Origin: an uncultured bacterium
GTDB taxonomy: Bacteria; Cyanobacteriota; Vampirovibrionia; Gastranaerophilales; Gastranaerophilaceae
DNA: 64,000 nucleotides
Reading direction: 5' to 3'
Assembly: GCA_902777605.1 (NCBI GenBank)
Contig: CACYUI010000002.1
Location: 33,337 to 97,336 of the forward strand
A model generated the notes under the pieces. That model was not told the origin of the DNA, made no database searches, and saw only the letters and a list, made by a program, of their open reading frames with translations. The position numbers were made by a program, and so were the translations under genes. Below are positions 27,560 to 37,229 of the stretch, one piece after another (the stretch's first letter is position 1; each line of letters opens with the position of its first letter).

Positions 27560-27988
27560 ATGGCAAAAAAAGTAGTAGGAAAAATCAAGCTTCAAATTGA
27601 AGCCGGAAAAGCAAATCCATCACCTCCGGTTGGTCCTGCTTTAGGTCAACATGGTGTAAACATTATGGATTTCTGTAAGCAATTCAATGCTAAGACAGAA
27701 TCTCAAGCAGGTTACATTATACCTGTAATTATTGATGTATATGAAGACAGAAGTTTTACTTTTGTTATAAAATCACCTCCGGCACCAGTTCTTATTAAGA
27801 AAGCTTTGAACATACCTAAAGGTTCAGCTGTTCCTAACAAGACAAAAGTTGCTGAAATTACAAGAGCTCAATTAGAAGAAATTGCAAAAATCAAAATGAA
27901 TGATTTAAATGCAACGACAATGGATGCTGCAGTTAAAATGATTGCTGGTTCTTGCAGAGCAATGGGTGTTACAGTAAAAGAAGATTAG
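27560..27988 (+). CDS. rplK: 50S ribosomal protein L11
   Basis: [40 protein letters not shown]; start at 27560 after the AAGGAG RBS. Confidence 0.98.
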   Translation: MAKKVVGKIKLQIEAGKANPSPPVGPALGQHGVNIMDFCKQFNAKTESQAGYIIPVIIDVYEDRSFTFVIKSPPAPVLIKKALNIPKGSAVPNKTKVAEITRAQLEEIAKIKMNDLNATTMDAAVKMIAGSCRAMGVTVKED

Positions 27989-28018
27989 CAGCTGGCTAAG
28001 AGGCACAAAATAAAAAGC

Positions 28019-28047
28019 GTGGAAGGGGACACACCCGTTAATACCAC
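28019..28047 (+). promoter_or_regulatory. Putative L1-binding mRNA site upstream of rplA
   Basis: GTGGAAGGGG-acaca-CCCGTTAATACCAC; same architecture as 27516-27545. Confidence 0.6.
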
Positions 28048-28058
28048 ATAAGGAGAAA

Positions 28059-28790
28059 ATGAAAATGTCTAAAATAACTAAAAAACAAAAGAAACTTCAA
28101 GAAATGTTGGAAGGTTTTGAACAACCGACAACAGGTAAAGAAGCACTTACTAAGTTACAGGAAATATCTAAAGAAGTTGCTAAATTCAACGAAACTGTTG
28201 AATGCCACATGAGATTAGGTATTGATGTAAAACACGCAGAGCAACAAATCAGATCAACAGTTGTATTACCTGCAGGATTAGGTAAAGAAGTTAGAGTCTG
28301 TGTTATTGCTAAAGGCCCTAAGGTTAACGAAGCAAAAGATGCAGGTGCAGATTTCTATGGTACAGAAGATATTATAGATAAGATTTCTGACGGTTGGTTT
28401 GAATTTGATACATTAATAGCAACACCTGATTGTATGGGTATGTTAGGTAAATTAGGTCGTGTTTTAGGTCCAAAAGGCTTAATGCCAAACCCTAAAACAG
28501 GAACTGTTACACTTGATATAGCAAAAGCAGTTAAAGATGCTAAGGCAGGTAAAGTTGAATTCCGTGCTGACAAGCAAGGTATGATTCACTGCCCAATCGG
28601 TAAAGTTCAATTCTCAAATGAAGACTTAGTTAAAAACTATGGTACATTTGTAGAAGCTATATTGAAGGCTAAACCATCAGCTGCAAAAGGTACTTATGTT
28701 AAGTCAATCTATTTGACTACAACAATGGGACCAAGCATTAAGATTGATGCAAAGAACCTTCAAGCAGAAATTAAAGAAATTGTTGGTTGA
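28059..28790 (+). CDS. rplA: 50S ribosomal protein L1
   Basis: [41 protein letters not shown]; start may be 28065. Confidence 0.98.
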   Translation: MKMSKITKKQKKLQEMLEGFEQPTTGKEALTKLQEISKEVAKFNETVECHMRLGIDVKHAEQQIRSTVVLPAGLGKEVRVCVIAKGPKVNEAKDAGADFYGTEDIIDKISDGWFEFDTLIATPDCMGMLGKLGRVLGPKGLMPNPKTGTVTLDIAKAVKDAKAGKVEFRADKQGMIHCPIGKVQFSNEDLVKNYGTFVEAILKAKPSAAKGTYVKSIYLTTTMGPSIKIDAKNLQAEIKEIVG

Positions 28791-28796
28791 TATTTT

Positions 28797-28824
28797 GCCT
28801 GACTTTCGAGTCAGGCTTTTTTTT
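28797..28824 (+). terminator. Intrinsic terminator after rplA
   Basis: GCCTGACT-TTCG-AGTCAGGC-T8. Confidence 0.85.
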
Positions 28825-28926
28825 ATACAAGAGGGTGTTTTCAAAATATAAACATCCTCTTTTTAGTTTTTAACTAGCAAAAAAAAATATTTTCAGATTT
28901 TATTCCAGTATTATAAGGAGAAAATT

Positions 28927-29511
28927 ATGAATACAAACTTAAACAACATTTCATTTGATGCTAACATCAAAACATTAGTGAAAACTAAAAATCCTAAGGC
29001 TTTTCAAACAGTTTGTCAAGAGTTTGAAAAGATGACTTCAAAATATCCAAATGAAACATTGTATATAACAAGAAATAAAACAGGAGCTTATTCTTGGCAT
29101 ATATCTGACAAAAAAAGTGGAGATTATTTTAAAGGCGAAGAGATTTTTACAAATAGTGTTGATGAACATATAGAAGAATTGGGTGTAAAAAAATTTGCAA
29201 AAGAATTAGTAAATGCATTTAAAGCAATGAAACTGGAAAGACAAATATACAAGCAAGCTAAGCCTATAAAAATGGAACTTGATAAAACAAGTGGTTTGTA
29301 TGAAGCATATAGAAATATTGCATTAACTCATGAAAAAGACGGCAATAATGTAATGGCTAAAAGGTATTTTAGTTTAAGTGAAAGATTTACTCCCAAAATG
29401 GCAAAGCTTAAAATGGAATATGATAAATGTGTAAATAGCTTCAATTCAAAAAAGAAGCAATATTCGAAGGATTTTCCTGAATTAACACAAGTAGAACTAT
29501 ATTTACCATAA
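28927..29511 (+). CDS. Hypothetical protein (194 aa)
   Basis: AAGGAG RBS; N-terminus MNTNLNNISFDA. Confidence 0.7.
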   Translation: MNTNLNNISFDANIKTLVKTKNPKAFQTVCQEFEKMTSKYPNETLYITRNKTGAYSWHISDKKSGDYFKGEEIFTNSVDEHIEELGVKKFAKELVNAFKAMKLERQIYKQAKPIKMELDKTSGLYEAYRNIALTHEKDGNNVMAKRYFSLSERFTPKMAKLKMEYDKCVNSFNSKKKQYSKDFPELTQVELYLP

Positions 29512-29571
29512 TGTAAATTTTTGTGTATTAAGGATGTAAATCTATATTTACATGATATATAATAATAATAT

Positions 29572-29790
29572 ATGTATATCGTCAAGAACTTAAAGGATTA
29601 TCAATTATCCCATAAGCAAAGGATTTTCGCGGGATACTTGAAGGATAATGTAGATTCGTATGTTTGTTATGAGCGCATAACAAATCGTACTGCTTTGCGT
29701 AAATATTTTGCTCCGGATAATGATTTTAATGAATACACAACAGCTTTCGCAGAATCACCGGAACTTATAAGAAGAGCTTTTGCATCATAA
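29572..29790 (+). CDS. Small hypothetical protein
   Basis: 72 aa ORF filling the gap between co-oriented genes; weak RBS. Confidence 0.45.
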   Translation: MYIVKNLKDYQLSHKQRIFAGYLKDNVDSYVCYERITNRTALRKYFAPDNDFNEYTTAFAESPELIRRAFAS

Positions 29791-29837
29791 TTGTACATTT
29801 GATTTGTATATGCTATTCTATTTTTGGGAGAGTATAT

Positions 29838-31016
29838 ATGAAAAAGATTTTAACAATTATTTTAATGTTATTTTTGAGCTTTAATATATCTTATGCTGCA
29901 AATTCTCAGATTAATAAGATAAATTTTAATGGTAATAAATATTACTTACAATATAGTGCCAAAAATCCTGAATTTAACGGTTATTTAAATGAATATTATA
30001 AACGCGGTGAAACTTATAATCTTTGGTCTGAGATGGTAGCAATTCATCATTTCCCGAATGCATATTCACCACTTGATAGAGTAAAACAATTTAGAGCATA
30101 CTTAGCTGGTATTAATTGTCCAAGTGCTTTAACTTTTAATGATAAAAAAAATATTGCAATGATAGACTTTTTACTTATTCATCATGCAAATAGCAGAACT
30201 TTGTTGGAGTTTAATATATTTAAGTATGAAAAATCTAAAAAATGTGGTTCAAATGCTATTCAATATGCAAGAAGGTATGTTGCATCTAATGCTTTTGAAG
30301 TAGAACAAGTAAAACGCGATTTTGAAAAAAATCGTAAAAAATTAATAAATAATGTTAAAAATATGACAGTTCCAGCAATTATAGAAGAACCAATTGATCT
30401 TTGTAAAGTTGATAAAGAGGTCAAGAATGAAAGTGACAAGGCAGAGGAAATAATTGAAGCTAAAAATACAGTTATAGACGACATCAAAACTAAAGAAACT
30501 AATACAATTTCCGATGAAAATCCTCAAGAGGAAAAAGAAATTGCTTCCGAAACTAAAGAAAATGAGCCAAAATCCGAAATGCAATTAGAAGAAAAATCAG
30601 TTGAAGAAAAAACTGACATTGATGATGAAAATAAAATGATTAAGAATGCCACTTCTACAATAGTTGAAAATTCTTCAGAAATTAAGGAAGATATCGATGA
30701 AAATAATGAAAAAATTGAAACTGTTTCTGAGCAGAAAATAATATTAAAAGAAGAAGATAATAAACCTAAAGAGTTGCCTAAAGACAATAAAGAACAAGTT
30801 AAAAATGATAGTAAAATTATCGAAAATAGTGTATCAGATACAAAAAAACAGTCTCAAAAAGTTAAAAAGAAAAAGAAGAATAAAAAGAGTGAAATATATA
30901 AAGTTGTAAATGATAAAAATTTATACTATAAGTCAACAAAACCAAGAAAAGTAACAAAAAAAGATATAAAAAAACGCGCCAAAGAAACATCAAAAAAATT
31001 GAAAGACTCCTTATAA
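29838..31016 (+). CDS. Exported protein with acidic/basic low-complexity C-terminal tail
   Basis: Start moved to 29838 (GGGAG RBS); signal peptide MKKILTIILMLFLSFNISYA; Glu/Lys-rich tail. Confidence 0.75.
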   Translation: MKKILTIILMLFLSFNISYAANSQINKINFNGNKYYLQYSAKNPEFNGYLNEYYKRGETYNLWSEMVAIHHFPNAYSPLDRVKQFRAYLAGINCPSALTFNDKKNIAMIDFLLIHHANSRTLLEFNIFKYEKSKKCGSNAIQYARRYVASNAFEVEQVKRDFEKNRKKLINNVKNMTVPAIIEEPIDLCKVDKEVKNESDKAEEIIEAKNTVIDDIKTKETNTISDENPQEEKEIASETKENEPKSEMQLEEKSVEEKTDIDDENKMIKNATSTIVENSSEIKEDIDENNEKIETVSEQKIILKEEDNKPKELPKDNKEQVKNDSKIIENSVSDTKKQSQKVKKKKKNKKSEIYKVVNDKNLYYKSTKPRKVTKKDIKKRAKETSKKLKDSL

Positions 31017-31116
31017 AAACTTTACAAAAGCATAAAATTTGCCATAGACCTAAAACATTTGTTAGAATATATTTGGGGGAGAGTCTGTGGCTTTCTTATT
31101 ATATAAGGATTAAAGA

Positions 31117-31869
31117 ATGAGTAAAATAAAAACTTTTTTGGGGATAGTTGGTGTAACGCTATTATCAGCACTACCGGTAAATGCTGCAATGACATTTCCT
31201 AATATAAATATAGGTTTACAACAAGCAAATACACCACAAGATTTTACAAACGGATTACAAATTCTTATTTGGTTAACTATATTAACACTTGCACCAAGTA
31301 TTTTAATTATGGCAACAAGTTTTTTAAGAATTGTTGTCGTTTTAGCTATTACAAGACAAGCAATCGGTGCCGGTAATTTACCGCCAAGTCAAGTAATCAC
31401 AAGTTTAGCATTAATTTTAACTTTTTTTATAATGGCGCCTACATTTAATCAAATAAATGAGAATGCACTTCAACCTTATATGAAGAATCAAATAACACAG
31501 CAAGCTGCTCTTGATAGAGGAATTATCCCTATTAGGAACTTTATGTTTAAACAAACTCATGAAAAAGAGCTTGCACTGTTTGTAAGAATGGCTAAAATTG
31601 AAAAACCTAAAACAAAGGATGATGTTCCCACATATATTTTATTACCCTCATTTATTTTAAGTGAGTTAAAAACAGCATTCACAATAGGTTTTGTAGTTTA
31701 TTTGCCGTTTTTGGTCATAGATATAGTTGTATCATCTGTATTGGTATCAATGGGTATGATGTTTCTGCCACCTACAATGATTGCGCTGCCTTTTAAACTG
31801 ATTATGTTTGTTATGGTAGACGGATGGTACTTGGTTGTAAAATCACTTGTAGAAAGTTTTGTTACATAG
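31117..31869 (+). CDS. fliP: Flagellar export gate protein FliP
   Basis: N-terminal signal peptide (flagellar-type), TSFLRIVVVLAITRQAIG, PPSQV, SELKTAF, DIVVSSVLVSMGMMFLPP, PFKLIMFVMVDGW. Confidence 0.93.
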   Translation: MSKIKTFLGIVGVTLLSALPVNAAMTFPNINIGLQQANTPQDFTNGLQILIWLTILTLAPSILIMATSFLRIVVVLAITRQAIGAGNLPPSQVITSLALILTFFIMAPTFNQINENALQPYMKNQITQQAALDRGIIPIRNFMFKQTHEKELALFVRMAKIEKPKTKDDVPTYILLPSFILSELKTAFTIGFVVYLPFLVIDIVVSSVLVSMGMMFLPPTMIALPFKLIMFVMVDGWYLVVKSLVESFVT

Positions 31870-31889
31870 ACATAATAGGATTATAATAA

Positions 31890-32165
31890 ATGAATCAAGA
31901 TATAGTTATTACTCTTTTACAAAAAATGTTTATACTTACATTAGAAATGTCAGTTCCAATACTTCTTGTCGGTGTTGTATTGGGCTTGATGGTAAGTATT
32001 TTTCAAACTGTAACACAAATTCAGGAATCAACACTTACATTCGTACCAAAGATTGTAGGTTGTGTTATTCTGCTTATTTTCTTAATGCCTTGGATGTTCA
32101 GCGTCTTTGTTAGTACTGTTAATGAATTTATGAGTATGATTCCACAATTAATCGGTGGGGCATAA
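31890..32165 (+). CDS. fliQ: Flagellar export gate protein FliQ
   Basis: GLMVSIFQTVTQIQESTLTFVPK. Confidence 0.93.
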   Translation: MNQDIVITLLQKMFILTLEMSVPILLVGVVLGLMVSIFQTVTQIQESTLTFVPKIVGCVILLIFLMPWMFSVFVSTVNEFMSMIPQLIGGA

Positions 32166-32944
32166 TGTTTAATCTTGATGTACTATTCTCCGTTAGTAAT
32201 ATTATTTTATTTATGGCCATAATTACAAGAATAAGCGGGCTGTTTGCATCTGCGCCAATCTTTTCTACTTATCCGATACCACAGATGGCAAAAATTTGGT
32301 TAGCAGCATTGATAGCATTTATATTGTTCCCGATTGTGCAATATAATACACACTTTACAGTACCTAATTCAGTACCTGCGCTAACTTTAATATTATTTAA
32401 AGAATTTTTGATTGGTTTTGCAATGGGATTTTGCGCAAATATTATCTTTGTAGGAATTGAGCTTGGTGCGAATATGTTTGCAGTTCAAATGGGACTTTCT
32501 GCAGATCAAGCATTGAACCCGACATCGGGAGGAAGCTCACCTGTTATTACACAAGTATACACATATCTAGCGGCAATGTTATTCCTTGCCCTCGGTGCAC
32601 ACCAATGGCTTTTTGCTGCAATATACAACAGTTTTAAAACTTTACCTATAGGATACTCTCTAACATTCTCTCCTGAACTTGTTGGACAAATAGTAACTAT
32701 AACAAGTCAAATGTTTGGTATTGGTTTAGGAATTGCACTTCCGATTTTCGGTATATTATTTATTACAGATGTATTATTAGGTTTTACATCAAAAATGATG
32801 CCTCAAATGAACATTTTTATGGTATCAATGCCGTTGAAAATATATTTAGGATTGCTTTTATCATTAATGTTTATGCGACCAATGGCAGAATACATGTCAG
32901 TTTTAATAGAAAGATTTTTAACAAATATTATGTTAATGTTTTAG
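32165..32944 (+). CDS. fliR: Flagellar export gate protein FliR
   Basis: RISGLFASAPIFS, KEFLIG, QMGLS, GFTSKMMPQMNIFMVSMPLK. Confidence 0.92.
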   Translation: MFNLDVLFSVSNIILFMAIITRISGLFASAPIFSTYPIPQMAKIWLAALIAFILFPIVQYNTHFTVPNSVPALTLILFKEFLIGFAMGFCANIIFVGIELGANMFAVQMGLSADQALNPTSGGSSPVITQVYTYLAAMLFLALGAHQWLFAAIYNSFKTLPIGYSLTFSPELVGQIVTITSQMFGIGLGIALPIFGILFITDVLLGFTSKMMPQMNIFMVSMPLKIYLGLLLSLMFMRPMAEYMSVLIERFLTNIMLMF

Positions 32945-32950
32945 GGTAAT

Positions 32951-34033
32951 ATGGGAAACGAAGCAGCAGAAAGAACAGAAGAAGCCACCGAGCGAAGGCG
33001 GCGTAAAGAACGAGATCGGGGTAATGTATCCAAAAGCCGTGATATGGATGCTGCTCTTGTTATGGTTACAGGTATCGGACTTCTTGCGATTTTTGGGAAA
33101 AAAATGTTTCAAACTATACTCACTATGATGAGAGAAACATTCTCAAATTTGAATCCAAACTCAATTGATGCTACTAATATACAAGGTCTATTACTTCCAT
33201 ATTTTAGATATTTAGCAGTAATTGTACTGCCATTTTTTGTTTTACTTATGATTTTTGCAATTATTATTATAAGAATGGATGTAGGCCCTGTTTTTGCACT
33301 TGAAAAAGTTAAATTTAATCCTGAGAATTTATCGCCAAGAAAATGGATACAAAATGCTAAGCGTTTAATTAATCCATTTGAGCCTCGTTCGTTAGTTGAA
33401 CTTGCAAAATCAATTTTAAAAATAGTAGTGGTTGCTGCTTGTGGTTATTCAGCAGTAAATGCAAGGCGTGGCGATTTGATGGGACTAATTGGTTTGGAAC
33501 CTTCGGTTGCATTACATATAATTTTAACTGTATTAATAAATATGATTATAAACATGTGTCTTGCAATGCTTATATTAGGTTATATTGATAAAAAATATCA
33601 GCATTACGAGTACGAAAAATCTATCAAGATGACTAAACAAGAAATTAAGGATGAACAAAAAGATACTGAAGGAGACCCCAAAGTTAAAGCAAGAATAAAG
33701 TCGATACAAATGCAAATGGCTCGTCAACGCATGATGTCTTCTGTACCGGGAGCAGATGTGGTTGTAACAAACCCTACGCACTATGCTGTTGCAATTAAAT
33801 ATGATAAGACAAAAGCTCCTGCACCAATGGTAGTTGCAAAAGGTGTTGATTATTTAGCATTTGAAATTAAACAAATGGCAAAGGAGCACGGTGTTCCTAT
33901 TGTTGAAAACAGACCTGTTGCAAGAGCACTTTATAATACAGTACCTGTTGACGGTGTTATACCTTCTGATTTGTATGTTGCAGTAGCTGAAATACTTGCT
34001 TATGTTTATAAACAGAAGAACGGCGAAGGCTAA
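32951..34033 (+). CDS. flhB: Flagellar export substrate-switch protein FlhB
   Basis: ERTEEATERRR, KMTKQEIKDEQKDTEGDPKVK, NPTH autocleavage site, PIVENRPVARAL. Confidence 0.95.
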   Translation: MGNEAAERTEEATERRRRKERDRGNVSKSRDMDAALVMVTGIGLLAIFGKKMFQTILTMMRETFSNLNPNSIDATNIQGLLLPYFRYLAVIVLPFFVLLMIFAIIIIRMDVGPVFALEKVKFNPENLSPRKWIQNAKRLINPFEPRSLVELAKSILKIVVVAACGYSAVNARRGDLMGLIGLEPSVALHIILTVLINMIINMCLAMLILGYIDKKYQHYEYEKSIKMTKQEIKDEQKDTEGDPKVKARIKSIQMQMARQRMMSSVPGADVVVTNPTHYAVAIKYDKTKAPAPMVVAKGVDYLAFEIKQMAKEHGVPIVENRPVARALYNTVPVDGVIPSDLYVAVAEILAYVYKQKNGEG

Positions 34034-34116
34034 TATATATTAGTACAAATATATGAAAATATTGTTACAAATTGCTAATTTAACGCAAAGAGTGATATTA
34101 TATAGTTGGTGGAGAG

Positions 34117-36210
34117 ATGGAATTAGGTAAACTTGCAAAACTATTGAGCAATAATGATATAGTCCTTGCTATTGGCTTGGTCATTATTGTCGTTATGATG
34201 GTTATTCCGATTCCGGCTCCTTTTTTGGATTTATTACTTACAATTAATATATCCCTCGCTGTTGTAATTCTTTTGGTTTGTTTATATACACAAGAACCGC
34301 TTGATTATTCATCTTTTCCGACAGTATTATTAATAGCAACACTTTTTCGTTTAGGTTTAAATGTAAGCTCCACTCGTTTAATTCTTTTAAATGGAGAAGC
34401 TGGTAATGTTATTAATTCTTTTGGAGAATTTGTTGTCGGTGGTAATTATGTTGTCGGTGCAGTCATATTTTGTATCTTAGTATTAATCAACTTTATGGTT
34501 ATCACCGGTGGTGCAACTCGTGTAGCTGAAGTTTCTGCTCGTTTTACATTGGATAAAATGCCAGGTAAACAATTGAGTATCGATGCTGACTTAAACTCTG
34601 GTTTAATCAACGAAGATCAAGCAAAAGAAAGGCGCAAAAAGCTTGAAAGAGAAACTGATTTCTATGGTACTATGGATGGTGCTTCTAAATTTGTTAAAGG
34701 TGATGCAACAGCAGGTATTGTAATAACTATAATTAACATTGTCGGTGGTTTAGTAATTGGTGTTATACAGCTACACATGAATGTTCAAACAGCATTATCG
34801 ACTTATACTATATTAACAGTTGGTGATGGTCTTGTATCACAAATTCCAGCACTTCTTATTTCTACCGCTACAGGTTTAATTGTATCAAGAGCATCAGGAA
34901 AAGAAGAATCTTTATCACAAGACATAAAAAATGAAATGTTCTCAGATCCGAGGGTGCTTGGTGTTGTATCAGGTTTATTAGGTTTTATGGGAATTGTCCC
35001 CGGTATGCCTACTATACCATTTTTAACTATTGCATTGATAGCAGGCGGACTTGCATTTTATAAATCAAAACAAAAAGTTGTTGCAAAAGAAACTCAAGAA
35101 GCCGAAAAAATTGCACAAGAAAAACAAGAACAGCTTGGCAAGAAAGAAAGTCGTGCTAAAGCTACCAGAGAAAGCGTTATGGAACTTCTTAATGTTGATA
35201 CAATTGAAATTGAAGTCGGGTATCGGCTTGTTCAATTACTTAATGTTGAGATGGGAGGTGACTTATTAGAGCGTATTGCTCAAATAAGAAGACAAACAGC
35301 ACTTGATTTAGGTATAATTTTACCTTCAATAAGAGTCAGAGATAACTTACAGCTTTCACCAAATTCTTATCAAATCAAATTAAAGGGAGTTGCATTAGAA
35401 TCCGGTGAAGTTTATCCGGAAAGATTTTTAGCAATGTCAGCCGGTGATCCGGTAGGGAATTTAGCAATAAACGGCATCCATGCTATAGAACCGGCTTTTG
35501 GTCTTCCTGCTTTGTGGATTGAAGCTAAGGATAAAGATATGGCTGAAATGTCAGGATTTACAGTCGTTTCTGCATCTGCAGTAATTTCTACTCACATAAC
35601 AGAGGTTATCAAAAAATGTGCTTCTGAAATACTTTCAAGATTTGATGTTCAACAACTTATTGATAATCTTAAAAAAGAAGTTTCTGAAGATTATGTTGAA
35701 GATATTATGAAAGATATAACCATTGGTGATGTACAGCTTGTAATGCAGAATTTGCTTAAAGAAGGTGTTGCTGTAAGAGACTTAAAAACAATACTGGAAA
35801 CAATGAGTGTTCAAGCTAAAATTAATAAGAATCCCGGGTATCTTACTGAACATGTTCGTCAAGCATTATCAAGAAATATTTGCAAACAAAATCTTGGTGA
35901 CACAGGTGAGTTATATGTAATAACACTGGCTCCGGATGTAGAAAATACTATTGCAAAAGGTGCAAGTCCTGATGGACAAAGTGTAACCCTTGATCCTTCA
36001 TTCACGCGAAATATGTTTGATAAGATGAATTTAGAGCTTGAGAAAGCTATTACCGCAACAGGAAATCAACCAGTTATATTATGTTCTTCACCAATTCGTC
36101 TGTTATTCAGAAAGCTTGTCGAAAGAACTTATCCACAAATTGCGATTATGTCATATAATGAAATAAGTCCAAATGTAAAAGTAAAATCAGTCGGTATGGT
36201 AAAAGTTTAA
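34117..36210 (+). CDS. flhA: Flagellar export protein FlhA
   Basis: FPTVLLIATLFRLGLNVSSTR, RVAEVSARFTLDKMPGKQLSIDADL, DFYGTMDGASKFVKGDA, LPSIRVRDN. Confidence 0.96.
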   Translation: MELGKLAKLLSNNDIVLAIGLVIIVVMMVIPIPAPFLDLLLTINISLAVVILLVCLYTQEPLDYSSFPTVLLIATLFRLGLNVSSTRLILLNGEAGNVINSFGEFVVGGNYVVGAVIFCILVLINFMVITGGATRVAEVSARFTLDKMPGKQLSIDADLNSGLINEDQAKERRKKLERETDFYGTMDGASKFVKGDATAGIVITIINIVGGLVIGVIQLHMNVQTALSTYTILTVGDGLVSQIPALLISTATGLIVSRASGKEESLSQDIKNEMFSDPRVLGVVSGLLGFMGIVPGMPTIPFLTIALIAGGLAFYKSKQKVVAKETQEAEKIAQEKQEQLGKKESRAKATRESVMELLNVDTIEIEVGYRLVQLLNVEMGGDLLERIAQIRRQTALDLGIILPSIRVRDNLQLSPNSYQIKLKGVALESGEVYPERFLAMSAGDPVGNLAINGIHAIEPAFGLPALWIEAKDKDMAEMSGFTVVSASAVISTHITEVIKKCASEILSRFDVQQLIDNLKKEVSEDYVEDIMKDITIGDVQLVMQNLLKEGVAVRDLKTILETMSVQAKINKNPGYLTEHVRQALSRNICKQNLGDTGELYVITLAPDVENTIAKGASPDGQSVTLDPSFTRNMFDKMNLELEKAITATGNQPVILCSSPIRLLFRKLVERTYPQIAIMSYNEISPNVKVKSVGMVKV

Positions 36211-36224
36211 AAGAAAGGGAATAT

Positions 36225-36818
36225 ATGAGAGAGTTAATAAAAAATGACCAGTTAGTAACAATTGTTCCTCAAGATTTTAAGAATACAAACAAAGGAAAAG
36301 TACTTAATGTTTCAATAGATGGATTTAAAATGGAGTTAAAATATAAACCGGAAGGACTATTTGTTAATCATATTTGTGATTTTTACTCATTTACTGATAA
36401 CGGATATTTATATTTCGAATCATATATTCAATCATTAGAAAATAACATTATAACCATTGCAAATCCGGTAAAACATAGATTCTTACAAAGGCGTAAGTTT
36501 ACTCGTATCAAATTTATTGAAGAATTGGAGCTAACATGTAATAACATTACTCATAAAATTAGAACTCTTGACTTGTCAGCAGGAGGAATGAAAATTCAGA
36601 CACAGGAGAATATTGATATTGAAACTGAGTATAATGTTAGTCTCAAGCTAAGTGATGAACAAGAAATTAAGTGTAAATATCAATTAATAAGAATTGAAAA
36701 AGGTGATAACGGATTATACACAATATCAGGAAGATTTACATCTCTAAGTAACATTGATAAAATGACTTTAGTTCAGTTCTGTATGAAAAAAGACATGGAA
36801 AATATTAATAAGAAATAA
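36225..36818 (+). CDS. PilZ-domain (YcgR-like) c-di-GMP receptor
   Basis: QRRKFTR (RxxxR) and DLSAGGM (DxSxxG). Confidence 0.85.
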   Translation: MRELIKNDQLVTIVPQDFKNTNKGKVLNVSIDGFKMELKYKPEGLFVNHICDFYSFTDNGYLYFESYIQSLENNIITIANPVKHRFLQRRKFTRIKFIEELELTCNNITHKIRTLDLSAGGMKIQTQENIDIETEYNVSLKLSDEQEIKCKYQLIRIEKGDNGLYTISGRFTSLSNIDKMTLVQFCMKKDMENINKK

Positions 36819-36823
36819 GATAA

Positions 36824-37165
36824 ATGAACTATTCAAATGATATTAAAAATTTACTAGTAGCACTTACAATGCTTATAATTGGAGGCATTTGTCTAACACG
36901 CATGGGTGCAGTTAATATGCACACTATAATAGCAACATCTTCAATTTTAATACCTGCAGTAGTTGTAATGGGATATTTAGGTCAAAGAATGGGACAAATT
37001 CTTGATAACCCGAAAAATAGAGCAGATGCCGATTATAAGATTGCTGTTCTAAACGCTTTAAAGAAAATGGATAAGTCTATAACACTGGAAGAATTAAATC
37101 AAAAACTTACGAAGCAAGTAGAAGAACCTGATTTGCCAGATGAAAAAGATGATATTGACGAATAA
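36824..37165 (+). CDS. Hypothetical two-TM membrane protein
   Basis: Two hydrophobic helices and an acidic tail; co-oriented with the flh cluster. Confidence 0.6.
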   Translation: MNYSNDIKNLLVALTMLIIGGICLTRMGAVNMHTIIATSSILIPAVVVMGYLGQRMGQILDNPKNRADADYKIAVLNALKKMDKSITLEELNQKLTKQVEEPDLPDEKDDIDE

Positions 37166-37229
37166 CTAATTCGACTATTATTTTTATGATAAAATTAATA
37201 AAGGGATAAATTTACCCATGGAGGATTAA

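Noticed and set aside
31012-34075. HLR1-like sequences upstream of fliP (TTATAAAA-ac-TTTACAAA) and flhA (GTTACAAA-tt-GCTAATTT)
   Set aside because: Only one half-site matches in each, and the orientation is opposite to the five fixed-spacing sites; too weak in AT-rich DNA
37166-37229. T-box leader before leuS
   Set aside because: The intergenic gap is only 64 nt and has no T-box consensus
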